In this document: positions 16,860 through 24,000 of the stretch, piece after piece
Layout: every line of letters begins with the position of its first letter
Numbering within the stretch: position 1 is the stretch's first letter
Source of the DNA: Candidatus Woesearchaeota archaeon
GTDB taxonomy: Archaea; Nanobdellota; Nanobdellia; Woesearchaeales; JAHWHD01
NCBI GenBank assembly: GCA_019323525.1
Contig: JAHWHD010000032.1
Location: forward strand, 1-24,000
Length of the DNA stretch: 24,000 nucleotides
Reading direction: 5' to 3'
The notes under the pieces: model-generated
What the model was told of the DNA's origin: nothing
Seen by the model: only the letters and a program-made list of their open reading frames with translations
Databases searched by the model: none
Translations under genes and position numbers: made by a program

Positions 16860-17576
16860 TTATTTTTTCTTTCTACCAGTCCTTCTTGCTGATATGGATC
16901 CTACTTTAGCTCCTGGCGGAGCATTCCTTGACACAGCATACGGATAGTTTTTCATTGAACTTCGTGAACCGCCGTGAGGATGGTCTACTGCGTTCATGCT
17001 CTGGCCACAAACCTTTGGCCAAAGCTTGTTCTTAGCTCTCATCTTATAAAAACTGACCCCTGCTTTAAGCAAAGGTTTCTCAGGCCTTCCGCCTCCAGCA
17101 AGAACCCCTATTGTAGCCCTGCACTTTGGGCTCAAGATTTTTTGCTTTTTTGATGGAAGTATGATGGTGATTTTATCAGAACTTTTTGAAACAATCTTCG
17201 CAAAAGTCCCCGATGCCCGCACAAACTTGCCTCCGTCTCCAGGGTTTAGTTCAATATTATTAATCAGAGTACCTTCAGGTATATCTTTAAGCGCCAGGGT
17301 GTTACCTGCCTTGGCGATAGCTTTGTCTCCAGCCTCTAGTCTGTCGCCGACTTTAACCCCTTCTACACCGGGCATGAAAAAAGTATCTCCATCATCAAAC
17401 TTGACTGCAACCAGGGGAGTGGAATGCGCTCTGCACTTTACAATATCTAAAACCTCTCCTGTGAAAGTTCCAGGTTTAAGCTTCTTGTTAACAGCCATCC
17501 CTTTAAACGTATGGCCTGGAGCTCTATACCTTGGCCCTCCCTTTCCTCTTGCTTGTGCTATGATTCTTTTTCCCAT
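16860..17576 (-). CDS. rpl2: Ribosomal protein L2 (uL2)
   Basis: GKGGPRYRAPGH, SMNAVDHPHGG and a C-terminal RRTGRKK. The length is 238 aa. Confidence 0.97.
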   Translation of the reverse strand: MGKRIIAQARGKGGPRYRAPGHTFKGMAVNKKLKPGTFTGEVLDIVKCRAHSTPLVAVKFDDGDTFFMPGVEGVKVGDRLEAGDKAIAKAGNTLALKDIPEGTLINNIELNPGDGGKFVRASGTFAKIVSKSSDKITIILPSKKQKILSPKCRATIGVLAGGGRPEKPLLKAGVSFYKMRAKNKLWPKVCGQSMNAVDHPHGGSRSSMKNYPYAVSRNAPPGAKVGSISARRTGRKKK

Positions 17577-17586
17577 CTTTCAAACC

Positions 17587-17847
17587 TTACATCAATCCCA
17601 TTTGCGTTGCAATATCTATTGCAGGCGTATCAAACGCAAGTTTTACATACGCCTTTTTAACATCTTTATTGGTGATATATGTATTAACATTAACCACCTT
17701 AACTTTGAACATACTTTCAACCGCTTTTTTAATGTCAGATTTTGTTGCATTCTTGTCTACCACAAATATCAACTTATTCTCTGCCTCCATCAACCTTATC
17801 GTCTTCTCGGTTGATAAAGGGTATTTGATTATTTTATAGGGATCCAT
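17587..17847 (-). CDS. rpl23: Ribosomal protein L23 (uL23)
   Basis: [44 protein letters not shown]. The ORF-track start at 17862 is GTG, inside L4. ATG at 17847 lies 2 nt after the L4 stop. Confidence 0.93.
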   Translation of the reverse strand: MDPYKIIKYPLSTEKTIRLMEAENKLIFVVDKNATKSDIKKAVESMFKVKVVNVNTYITNKDVKKAYVKLAFDTPAIDIATQMGLM

Positions 17848-17849
17848 TT

Positions 17850-18656
17850 TCACATAAAGCACTTTTCTTTTGACATTTTTTCAATTGAGTTCTTAGTAAA
17901 CAACGTCAACCTTCCAAGGTCTGCTCCAGGAGCTAAAAGCTCTGCATTAAGCTGGTTCAACTGTACAACATCAACTCCCAGTATATTTCTTGCAGATTTC
18001 AGTAGCTTGCATTCATCTTTTACAACAATCAACAGCCCTTTCTTAACTCTATACTTTCTTCCTCTCATCTTGCCCTTTCCGCTTCTTACCTTTCTCTTGG
18101 CAGTCCTTTCTAACTCTTTATCCAACCCAAGTTTGACAAGGGCAGATTTCACGTTCTTAGTCTTATCAAGACCCTCAAAATCATTATTGATTATGAACGG
18201 ATATTTCTCAGGAATCTTATGCCCTCTTTTAGCAACAACCTCTTTGTCCATTGTAGCTGCAAGAGCAGATCTTATTGCCTTTCTGTTCTCTTTTTTATTA
18301 ATCTTCTTTTCAAAGTTCTTTTCAGCTTTAGGCGGGTGAGCTCTTCTACCGCCTTTAGTGTTTGGGGCAAAAGCGCCTTCCCAGTTCATTCTTGTACCGC
18401 GTCTGCTCATTATCTTTCTAGGAGTTCTCGCAATTCCATGTCCATAACATCCTCTGTACTTTCTTCTTCTTTTAGACAGCTCAACAGAATGCCTTTTTCC
18501 AGCTTCTGGCGAAGCACCATACGTCTGTCTAGCAGAACTCTGCAAAGCCTGAACAGCCCTTTTTACTAATACGGGGTTAAGCGCTTCATTGAATTGGCCA
18601 GGAAGTTCTATTTCCTCAGTTCCCTGTCCTTGCAAGTTTAATATCTTTACTTTCAT
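17850..18656 (-). CDS. rpl4: Ribosomal protein L4 (uL4)
   Basis: 268 aa, with [23 protein letters not shown] and GGRRAHPPK as uL4 loop motifs. There is an ATGA overlap with L3. Confidence 0.93.
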   Translation of the reverse strand: MKVKILNLQGQGTEEIELPGQFNEALNPVLVKRAVQALQSSARQTYGASPEAGKRHSVELSKRRRKYRGCYGHGIARTPRKIMSRRGTRMNWEGAFAPNTKGGRRAHPPKAEKNFEKKINKKENRKAIRSALAATMDKEVVAKRGHKIPEKYPFIINNDFEGLDKTKNVKSALVKLGLDKELERTAKRKVRSGKGKMRGRKYRVKKGLLIVVKDECKLLKSARNILGVDVVQLNQLNAELLAPGADLGRLTLFTKNSIEKMSKEKCFM

Positions 18657-19615
18657 TGTTTAGACTCCAGAGATGTATGTTGGATAGTTGGTGCTTGGTC
18701 ATGCAATCTTTTGTTAGGCCTAATGGCTGTTGTAAGCGTGATTAACCTTTTTGCAGACCCCTGCACTGAACCTTTTACAAGTATGTACTGGTTCTTTAAA
18801 ATCCCGTATCTGACAAAGCCACCTTTAGGATTAATTTCTTCAACCTTGTCGCTTATTTTAAGTACCCAATTATTATAATGAGTCCTGAGATGGTACCCCA
18901 TTTTACCTGCAAACGCAACCCTGTACATGACATGCCCTTGCGCTTTCCACCCTCCCAGAGAACCAGGTCCCCTCTTTGTCTTCTCAGATTTGTGGTGTCT
19001 TATGGAAACTCCAAACCTTTTTACAGGCCCTTGTACACCTTTTCCTTTTGTGACTGCATGCAGGTCTAACTGTTCACCTTCTTTAAACACCTCATTGATT
19101 GCAATCTCTTTTCCAAGCTTTTCCTTTGCATATGCAAGTTTATCCTCTTTCGATCCTCCAAGACCAATCTCAAGGACCTCTGGTTTCTTTTTAATTCCTG
19201 TTAATTTAGGTTGTGTATATGCCAGTAATCTTATATCATCATAATCAGAAACATCCTCTATCTTCTTGTTTATCTTTTTGGACTTGGTAAGTCTTCTTTC
19301 AAGTTCCTTATCGACCTTTTCAGAGAAAACTTCGGTAATGACTTGAGAATTTTTATAGAAACGTATAGAAGCAACCTTGATTGCAGGACACTCAATCACT
19401 GTGACAGGAAAACTCACGTCCTGACCTTTTGTTGCTGAGTTTGGCCGGTTATCAGTAATTACCACGTGAGTCATGCCAGCTTTATACCCTGCAAAACCAA
19501 GAAGTTTAGCATCTTTTGATTTAGCCCAGGACCTAACTCTAGCTGAACTTCGCTTTGACCTTTTCCTAGGCCAAAACTGCATACTTCCGTGTCTTGGATT
19601 TTTTGCCTTTGGCAT
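18653..19615 (-). CDS. rpl3: Ribosomal protein L3 (uL3), first ribosomal protein gene of the cluster
   Basis: PRHGSMQFWPRKRS and LLGFAGYKAGMTHV. The length is 320 aa. Confidence 0.96.
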   Translation of the reverse strand: MPKAKNPRHGSMQFWPRKRSKRSSARVRSWAKSKDAKLLGFAGYKAGMTHVVITDNRPNSATKGQDVSFPVTVIECPAIKVASIRFYKNSQVITEVFSEKVDKELERRLTKSKKINKKIEDVSDYDDIRLLAYTQPKLTGIKKKPEVLEIGLGGSKEDKLAYAKEKLGKEIAINEVFKEGEQLDLHAVTKGKGVQGPVKRFGVSIRHHKSEKTKRGPGSLGGWKAQGHVMYRVAFAGKMGYHLRTHYNNWVLKISDKVEEINPKGGFVRYGILKNQYILVKGSVQGSAKRLITLTTAIRPNKRLHDQAPTIQHTSLESKQ

Positions 19616-19672
19616 ATTAAACTTCCTCGATAATCATGAAACTGCCTATTGTTGAAACCTTTTGCTAGAAAT

Positions 19673-19755
19673 AAGTTTAACTCGTTAAACTTGTACTGAA
19701 AAGGTCCCTTTTCAGGCTTTGTTTATGCAACAGTGTTTAACTTCAACTAAACACT
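19673..19755 (-). promoter_or_regulatory. Cluster of three perfect 8-bp stem-loops upstream of rpl3 (candidate structured leader or small RNA)
   Basis: Read directly from the plus strand. Hairpin A is AAGTTTAA-ctcg-TTAAACTT (19673..19692). Hairpin B is CTGAAAAG-gtcc-CTTTTCAG (19696..19715). Hairpin C is AGTGTTTA-acttcaac-TAAACACT (19732..19755). No ORF explains them. Confidence 0.4.
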
Positions 19756-19783
19756 TCGAACATCTCACAAGAAAAATAGACTA

Positions 19784-19791
19784 TTTATAAA
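19784..19791 (-). promoter_or_regulatory. TATA-box candidate (TTTATAAA) upstream of the hairpin cluster and rpl3
   Basis: CTATTTATAAAG is the same box seen at 5161 and 20014. It would place a TSS near 19760, giving a leader of about 145 nt before the rpl3 ATG. Read-through from the small ORF upstream is also possible. Confidence 0.35.
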
Positions 19792-19813
19792 GTTTACTGT
19801 TTTTCTATATACT

Positions 19814-19990
19814 CTAATAGTCATAATCCTCTTTTATTGCCTCTTTGATTGCAGCTGCAGCTTCTTCCACTTTCTGAAGATACGTCAAATCACTAAAGTT
19901 CTCTTTAGCGCATTCTTCACAGTAACACTCGTTACTGCCTTTGATACAGAACTGCCCCTCTTCACCACAAATGATACACTTCTTACCCAT
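19814..19990 (-). CDS. Unannotated 58-aa acidic Cys-rich (zinc-ribbon-like) protein
   Basis: Manual translation gives MGKKCIICGEEGQFCIKGSNECYCEECAKENFSDLTYLQKVEEAAAAIKEAIKEDYDY, then TAG. It falls below the 60-aa ORF-track cutoff. It has C5-x2-C8 and C24-x2-C27, plus C15 and C22. TTTATAAA is centred about 27 nt upstream of the ATG, consistent with a leaderless transcript. Confidence 0.55.
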   Translation of the reverse strand: MGKKCIICGEEGQFCIKGSNECYCEECAKENFSDLTYLQKVEEAAAAIKEAIKEDYDY

Positions 19991-20013
19991 CTACACACGA
20001 GATATCTTTTTTA

Positions 20014-20021
20014 TTTATAAA
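20014..20021 (-). promoter_or_regulatory. TATA-box candidate (palindromic TTTATAAA) for the small zinc-ribbon ORF
   Basis: TTATTTATAAAGG is centred 27-28 nt from the ATG at 19990. It lies in the divergent intergenic region shared with csaA. Confidence 0.45.
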
Positions 20022-20043
20022 GGTTGTCCTTATTGTCGACATA

Positions 20044-20051
20044 TTTTATAT
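20044..20051 (+). promoter_or_regulatory. TATA-box candidate for leaderless csaA
   Basis: TTTTATAT is centred about 27 nt upstream of the ATG at 20075. Confidence 0.4.
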
Positions 20052-20074
20052 ATTAGTTTATGTTTCTGGTTTTT

Positions 20075-20404
20075 ATGATAACCTGGCAAGATTTCGAAAA
20101 AGTAGAAATGCATGTAGGAACAGTCCTCGAAGCAGACGACTTTCCAGAAGCAAAGAACCCATCATACAAGCTAAAGATTGACTTCGGCAAGCTCGGTATC
20201 AAAAGAACCAGTGCACAGATCACTAAATTATACAATAAAGAAGAACTTGTCGGTAAACAAGTGATTGCAGTAACTAATTTCCCTCCTAAACAGATAGCCA
20301 ACTTCATCTCAGAGTGTCTTGTTCTCGGAGTTGTTCTGGAAAACAAAGAAGTGGTACTTCTTCAGCCAGAAAGAAGGGTTGATAATGGTTATAGGGTATT
20401 GTAG
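20075..20404 (+). CDS. csaA: CsaA-like tRNA-binding domain protein (EMAP/Trbp111 OB fold)
   Basis: WQDFEKVEMHVGTVLEADDFPEAKNPSYKLKIDFGKLGIKRTSAQITKLYNKEELVGKQVIAVTNFPPKQIANFISECLVLG aligns along its whole length with my recollection of Bacillus CsaA. ATG at 20075 (M6 of the ORF-track call) gives the expected length. Confidence 0.88.
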   Translation: MITWQDFEKVEMHVGTVLEADDFPEAKNPSYKLKIDFGKLGIKRTSAQITKLYNKEELVGKQVIAVTNFPPKQIANFISECLVLGVVLENKEVVLLQPERRVDNGYRVL

Positions 20405-20420
20405 CTTTAATAACAAGAGT

Positions 20421-20429
20421 CTTTATTAA
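20421..20429 (+). promoter_or_regulatory. TATA-box candidate for the leaderless HD-domain gene
   Basis: CTTTATTAA is centred about 27 nt upstream of the ATG at 20452. Confidence 0.35.
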
Positions 20430-20451
20430 TTCTAATGTTGTTCTTGTGTTT

Positions 20452-21024
20452 ATGGAATTCGATGCAGCTCTTGAAAAAATACTTTGGTCTGAAGTTCTGC
20501 CTCTTCTAAGACAAGGCCGTCCTAAGTGGGACATCCCTCACACAAAAGCTGTTGTACATCATATGAAACAGATTATCCTTGGAGAGGGTGGAGACCCAAG
20601 AATTCTGCTTGCAGCTGCAATCTTTCACGACAATGGCTACTTTAATCTCCCTGAAGGATACAATTTTGAAGAATCTATGGAAGCAAAAGAGATGCACGCA
20701 GTAAAAGGTGCATTCAATGCAGGAATCATTCTGCCAAGAGCAGGCTATACTCCTAACGAAGTTTACGACGTAAAATATTTAATAGTCGTACACGATAACT
20801 ATGATTGTATCTTAACCCCTGATCACCAGAAACTGTTTGAGGCAGACACCTTAGGTCAACTTGATTGGGAAAGAGTTCCTCCTAATTTTGATATAGAGAA
20901 CGTTGTAAAGTATATGGACTACGTGAAATCAGGAAGACTTAAAAAATTTAAGACGAGGACAGGGATTAAACTTCTGAAGGAAATTATGCCAAAATGTGAG
21001 AAATATATTAAAGATAGAACTTAA
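20452..21024 (+). CDS. HD-domain metal-dependent phosphohydrolase (substrate unknown)
   Basis: H...HD...D pattern: IPHTKAVVHHM, AAAIFHDNGY and IVVHDNYD. The ORF-track start at 20446 is GTG. ATG at 20452 is preferred. Confidence 0.8.
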   Translation: MEFDAALEKILWSEVLPLLRQGRPKWDIPHTKAVVHHMKQIILGEGGDPRILLAAAIFHDNGYFNLPEGYNFEESMEAKEMHAVKGAFNAGIILPRAGYTPNEVYDVKYLIVVHDNYDCILTPDHQKLFEADTLGQLDWERVPPNFDIENVVKYMDYVKSGRLKKFKTRTGIKLLKEIMPKCEKYIKDRT

Positions 21025-22334
21025 TCTTTTTTCGTTTGTACTTTGCCCTTCCCCTTCTCCCTATTAACATACCAAACCCTTCTCCTAGAATAATTAACTG
21101 GATTCTTGACCTTTGTACACAGGCTGTCAGGAAGACACATCCCCAAATCACCATAATAATTCTTGTTATCGCAGTTCGGTGGAAGTATCTTTTTCTTGTT
21201 CTGTTTAGCATACCTTATCTGACCTAAGAGATACACCTCACGCAACGCCTCTTTATTCACAGAATTCCACTCCTTTAACCTTTTCTCTATTTCGTCATAG
21301 CCCCAGCCAACAGATGTCAAGAAGTTAACAAGTACAAACAATGCACGTTTCCTTCCATCCTCTAAACCTTCAAGGATCTTTTTTACACACGGCGGAAAAA
21401 ACTGTTCTGGTATTGCTTCTTGCAGGTCTTCATACCTAGATACTTTCTCGTCGCTATGCTCCTCTTGCTTTAGGCTGAAATCATATGCTTGTAGTATCAA
21501 CTGTCTGGCCTCATTCGCAATAACATTTTTAGAATCAAGAAACCTGAACCCAGAAACCTTGACATTCTCAGGCTTTGCACTCTCAGTGTCAAACTCAAGA
21601 ACTTTATCCGGATCTATTGGTATAGATACCAGATTACTTTTCTCATTAAACGAGTAAGGCATCCTGTACAGATGCCTGGAAGCGATTAGGATGGTATCAA
21701 TCTCGATAATTTCAAAAGGATCAAACTTGTTATTCTTCACTAGTTCTGTATAAGTCTTATCAGTGCGCTGAGCTATTATATTGATATCATTAAAGTTAAG
21801 CACTCTCTCAGCCAGCTGGTCCCGTATCATGCTTTGAAGGTATGCAGCTATAACCCTTGGAGCTTCAGGGAAAAGTTTTCTTGTTTCACTGTTATGGACT
21901 TTTTCAGGAAACGCCTTAAATGGAACTCCGATATGAAACCCGTGATTCCCTGAAAATTTACAGCTAACAGAGTTAATTCCGTGATACTTCAGCGCCTTTA
22001 TCAGAAGATCGGCCGCAATTTTTGAATAATCTAAGATTTTACAGTCTATATCCAGAACCAAGTCCCACCCCAATCTAAGATCATCTAGCTCTTTCCTGCT
22101 GAGTTTAGGATTAATCTGCAGCACGTTGCTCCAGATCTCTTCAGACACATGGAAACTCGTAGCTCCGTTTTTTACAAGTTCAATTATGTCATTTGCATGG
22201 TTTAGCACGTCAGGCCTTTTCCCATAACCCTGCATGTTAAAGCTTACGGCAACCTCTCTATCCCTTGCAAGCTCAACCATCTCATCTTGTATCTCTTTTC
22301 GTTTATAATGGAGCAACAGCTTGGATTTTATCAT
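21021..22334 (-). CDS. priS: Fused archaeo-eukaryotic DNA primase: PriS catalytic domain plus a PriL C-terminal Fe-S domain
   Basis: AEP motifs are WDLVLDIDCK (DxD), KFSGNHGFHIGVPF (SGxxGxH) and IEIDTILIASRHLYRMPYSFNEKS. The C-terminal roughly 130 aa is FPPCVKKILEGLEDGRKRALFVLVNFLTSVGWGYDEIEKRL...LPPNC...GMCLPDSLCTKVKNPVNY. This is the PriL-CTD signature with four Cys ligands. Confidence 0.85.
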   Translation of the reverse strand: MIKSKLLLHYKRKEIQDEMVELARDREVAVSFNMQGYGKRPDVLNHANDIIELVKNGATSFHVSEEIWSNVLQINPKLSRKELDDLRLGWDLVLDIDCKILDYSKIAADLLIKALKYHGINSVSCKFSGNHGFHIGVPFKAFPEKVHNSETRKLFPEAPRVIAAYLQSMIRDQLAERVLNFNDINIIAQRTDKTYTELVKNNKFDPFEIIEIDTILIASRHLYRMPYSFNEKSNLVSIPIDPDKVLEFDTESAKPENVKVSGFRFLDSKNVIANEARQLILQAYDFSLKQEEHSDEKVSRYEDLQEAIPEQFFPPCVKKILEGLEDGRKRALFVLVNFLTSVGWGYDEIEKRLKEWNSVNKEALREVYLLGQIRYAKQNKKKILPPNCDNKNYYGDLGMCLPDSLCTKVKNPVNYSRRRVWYVNREKGKGKVQTKKD

Positions 22335-22350
22335 GCTCTTTTCATTATTT

Positions 22351-22668
22351 TCAAGCTTTAAATATTTTTACGTTCTCTTTAATCCAATCAAGAAACTGTT
22401 GATTACCATCCATGTCAAAAAAAGCGATTATCGGACATTCGTCAGAGTGTATCTTCTTGACTTCTTCAATAATCTCATCCTTGTTGTCTTTTAAAGAAAA
22501 AGCCTGTACGTTATAATACTCTTTTTCAACAATCTCTCCATCCCACCAATACCTTGACGGACCTTTTATTATCAATGCTCCTGCAATCAGCTTATTCAGT
22601 ACCAGAGTATCAGATATCTTATCTGCCTCCTCTTTTGTTGTTGCGCTTATTAAAACCTGACAATACAT
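22351..22668 (-). CDS. cutA: CutA1-family divalent-cation tolerance protein
   Basis: MYCQVLISATTKEEADKISDTLVLNKLIAGALI...SRYWWDGEIVEKEYYNVQAF...HSDECPIIAFFDMDGNQQFLDWI matches the CutA pattern along its length. The ORF-track start at 22677 is GTG. ATG at 22668 lies 1 nt after the upstream stop and has a GAGGGGTGA SD. Confidence 0.85.
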   Translation of the reverse strand: MYCQVLISATTKEEADKISDTLVLNKLIAGALIIKGPSRYWWDGEIVEKEYYNVQAFSLKDNKDEIIEEVKKIHSDECPIIAFFDMDGNQQFLDWIKENVKIFKA

Positions 22669-22669
22669 C

Positions 22670-24000
22670 TTATTCACCCCTCATTTTCTCCCAAACTCTT
22701 TCAGCCTGCAGACAGAACGTCTCTAATCTAGCCTCAATTAACTGCGGGAACACGTTTCCATCAGTTTCAATGGCAAGGAACGGTAGATCCTTAAGCCCAT
22801 AACTTTCTGATTTGCCTGATGCTTTCTGTTTACCATCTACATTCATTTCCTCTGCAAGTATAGCCTCTGCAACCCTTGACGGCATACACCCAAAGGGACC
22901 AATTGATATAACTCCGTGTACAGTATGTAGAATCTCTCTTAACGCAAGCCCGACTGTAAGCAAAGCCTCTCCAGTGAAATGCGGATTCACAAACTTAGAA
23001 CCATGCTCAATCGTTTTCTCAATATCCTCTTTTTCGAACTTGTAAAGCCCGCCTTTTGCAATTATGTTCTTTATCTTAACCTCTGTTTTATCTTGGAAAA
23101 ACTCCCTTAACAGTATTCCTGCTTTTTTCTTCAGGTCGCTTTGAGCACTCCCAAGACTTTTTTTAGCGATATAATTAGTATAGTATATCCATTCTGATAT
23201 GTGCGCAACCTTCACTACAAACCCCCGCTCAGCAAGCACCTCGATCAGCCCTTGTCTTGAAAGTTCGTCTCTTCTTACATATATCTCTCCAATCAATGCG
23301 ACAAACTTTGCATCATCAATACTTTTTTTCAGTTCTATCTTCTTCAACACCTGGACAGTTTTCTCCAGCTGTCGATACAATTCATTCTTTTCAAGAGCAC
23401 GCAATATATTCTCCCATTCCTGAAAAAACACCTTCTCCCCATATTCTCTGTCAACTGCCAATGCTTTGATAGCATTCAACACATCATTCATAACATCAGC
23501 CACAATAACGCCTTTCCAAGCGTTAAGTGAAAACTTTGTACCAAACCCTCCGTAGCTGTCCTGGTCAGCAAGACTTAGTAATGCGACATTTTTTATCTTG
23601 TTTTTCTTAAGCAAAGATTCAATAAATACTTTGTACTGTCCAAACCTGCACGGTCCTGACGAAGACGGCATAAAATATACAATCACTTGCCCATCCTGCC
23701 TTTTTTCTATCTTTTTCAATAACCCTCCAACAGTTAACTGCATTGGCAGACACTCTTTACATGTGGTGTTTCCCCTGCCGAGCTTCAGTATGTCCATGTC
23801 AGAACTAGGCAAAGCCTCAGCATCTACCCCCAGACTCTTGAACACCGCCGCAATTGCAGGTGCTGCAAGATTGTCCATTGACGGAAGATACATTTTCACC
23901 TTGCTATGTGTCATTGGAAGCATTACCCCATTCTCGTCTAGCACATACGCGCGTCCTTTGGAAATCACTACTTTTGAAATCTGGAAATCATTATCACTAT
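22670..24000 (-). CDS. 2-hydroxyacyl-CoA dehydratase / CoA-enzyme-activase-related protein (HgdB/DUF2229-like), C-terminal part; the 5' end lies beyond the window
   Basis: The frame stays open from 23968 to the window edge (upstream residues SDNDFQISKV), so the GTG at 23968 is probably internal. The motifs CKECLPMQL, SSGPCRFGQY and ISIGPFGCMPSRVAEAIL resemble what I recall of the HGD-D/DUF2229 family. The assignment is from memory and is not verified. Confidence 0.45.
   Translation of the reverse strand, partial: SDNDFQISKVVISKGRAYVLDENGVMLPMTHSKVKMYLPSMDNLAAPAIAAVFKSLGVDAEALPSSDMDILKLGRGNTTCKECLPMQLTVGGLLKKIEKRQDGQVIVYFMPSSSGPCRFGQYKVFIESLLKKNKIKNVALLSLADQDSYGGFGTKFSLNAWKGVIVADVMNDVLNAIKALAVDREYGEKVFFQEWENILRALEKNELYRQLEKTVQVLKKIELKKSIDDAKFVALIGEIYVRRDELSRQGLIEVLAERGFVVKVAHISEWIYYTNYIAKKSLGSAQSDLKKKAGILLREFFQDKTEVKIKNIIAKGGLYKFEKEDIEKTIEHGSKFVNPHFTGEALLTVGLALREILHTVHGVISIGPFGCMPSRVAEAILAEEMNVDGKQKASGKSESYGLKDLPFLAIETDGNVFPQLIEARLETFCLQAERVWEKMRGE

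Noticed and set aside
21021-21024. The convergent HD-domain gene and the primase share overlapping stop codons within the palindrome TTAA.
   Set aside because: This is a real feature of the sequence, but it is a trivial result of genome compaction. No functional implication can be supported.
19616-24000. Possibility that the right-hand accessory-looking block (small Zn ORF, csaA, HD hydrolase, primase, cutA, dehydratase-like gene) forms a defence island or mobile element.
   Set aside because: There are no integrase, transposase, nuclease-helicase, toxin-antitoxin or repeat-boundary signatures. The genes are housekeeping-type, with separate promoters and mixed orientation. The primase carries the cellular PriS/PriL signature rather than a plasmid or viral primase-helicase architecture.
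1-24000. Alternative genetic code or stop-codon reassignment, which is known in some reduced lineages.
   Set aside because: TAA, TGA and TAG each end well-conserved genes at the expected length. Examples are TGA for S5, L32e, L6 and S17, TAG for secY and csaA, and TAA for L15, L2 and pheS. No conserved gene needs read-through.

Overview
This window is an AT-rich archaeal chromosome segment, almost fully coding, and it uses the standard genetic code (TAA, TGA and TAG all end recognisable genes). The core (4368..19615, minus strand) is the conserved archaeal ribosomal-protein super-operon in canonical order: L3-L4-L23-L2-S19-L22-S3-L29-aSUI1-Rpp29-S17-L14-L24-S4e-L5-S14-S8-L6-L32e-L19e-L18-S5-L30-L15-SecY-YidC-like(DUF106)-L34e-L14e. 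On the left flank (plus strand) are the 3' end of an eRF1-family gene (Pelota or aRF1), a TrmB-family regulator and pheS-pheT. On the right flank are an unannotated 58-aa zinc-ribbon ORF, a CsaA-like tRNA-binding protein and an HD-domain hydrolase. A minus-strand string follows: a 2-hydroxyacyl-CoA dehydratase/activase-related protein (runs off the window), CutA, and a fused PriS-PriL(CTD) primase. The fused primase, the absence of adk and cmk from their usual operon slots, and the compact overlapping genes suggest a reduced, DPANN/Nanoarchaeota-like archaeon; this is inference only. I found no tRNA, rRNA, CRISPR array, transposase or defence hallmark, and no convincing novel multi-gene system. 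This is mostly an ordinary core region. The points most worth a second look are: (1) a cluster of three perfect hairpins upstream of L3, (2) the unannotated Cys-rich small ORF with a correctly placed TATA box, (3) Lys/Glu-rich tails on many ribosomal proteins, (4) a roughly 110-aa loop insertion in the YidC-like insertase, and (5) the fused primase tightly linked to CutA and a dehydratase-related gene. Several ORF-track starts are GTG/TTG artefacts, and I have re-set them to better-supported starts.
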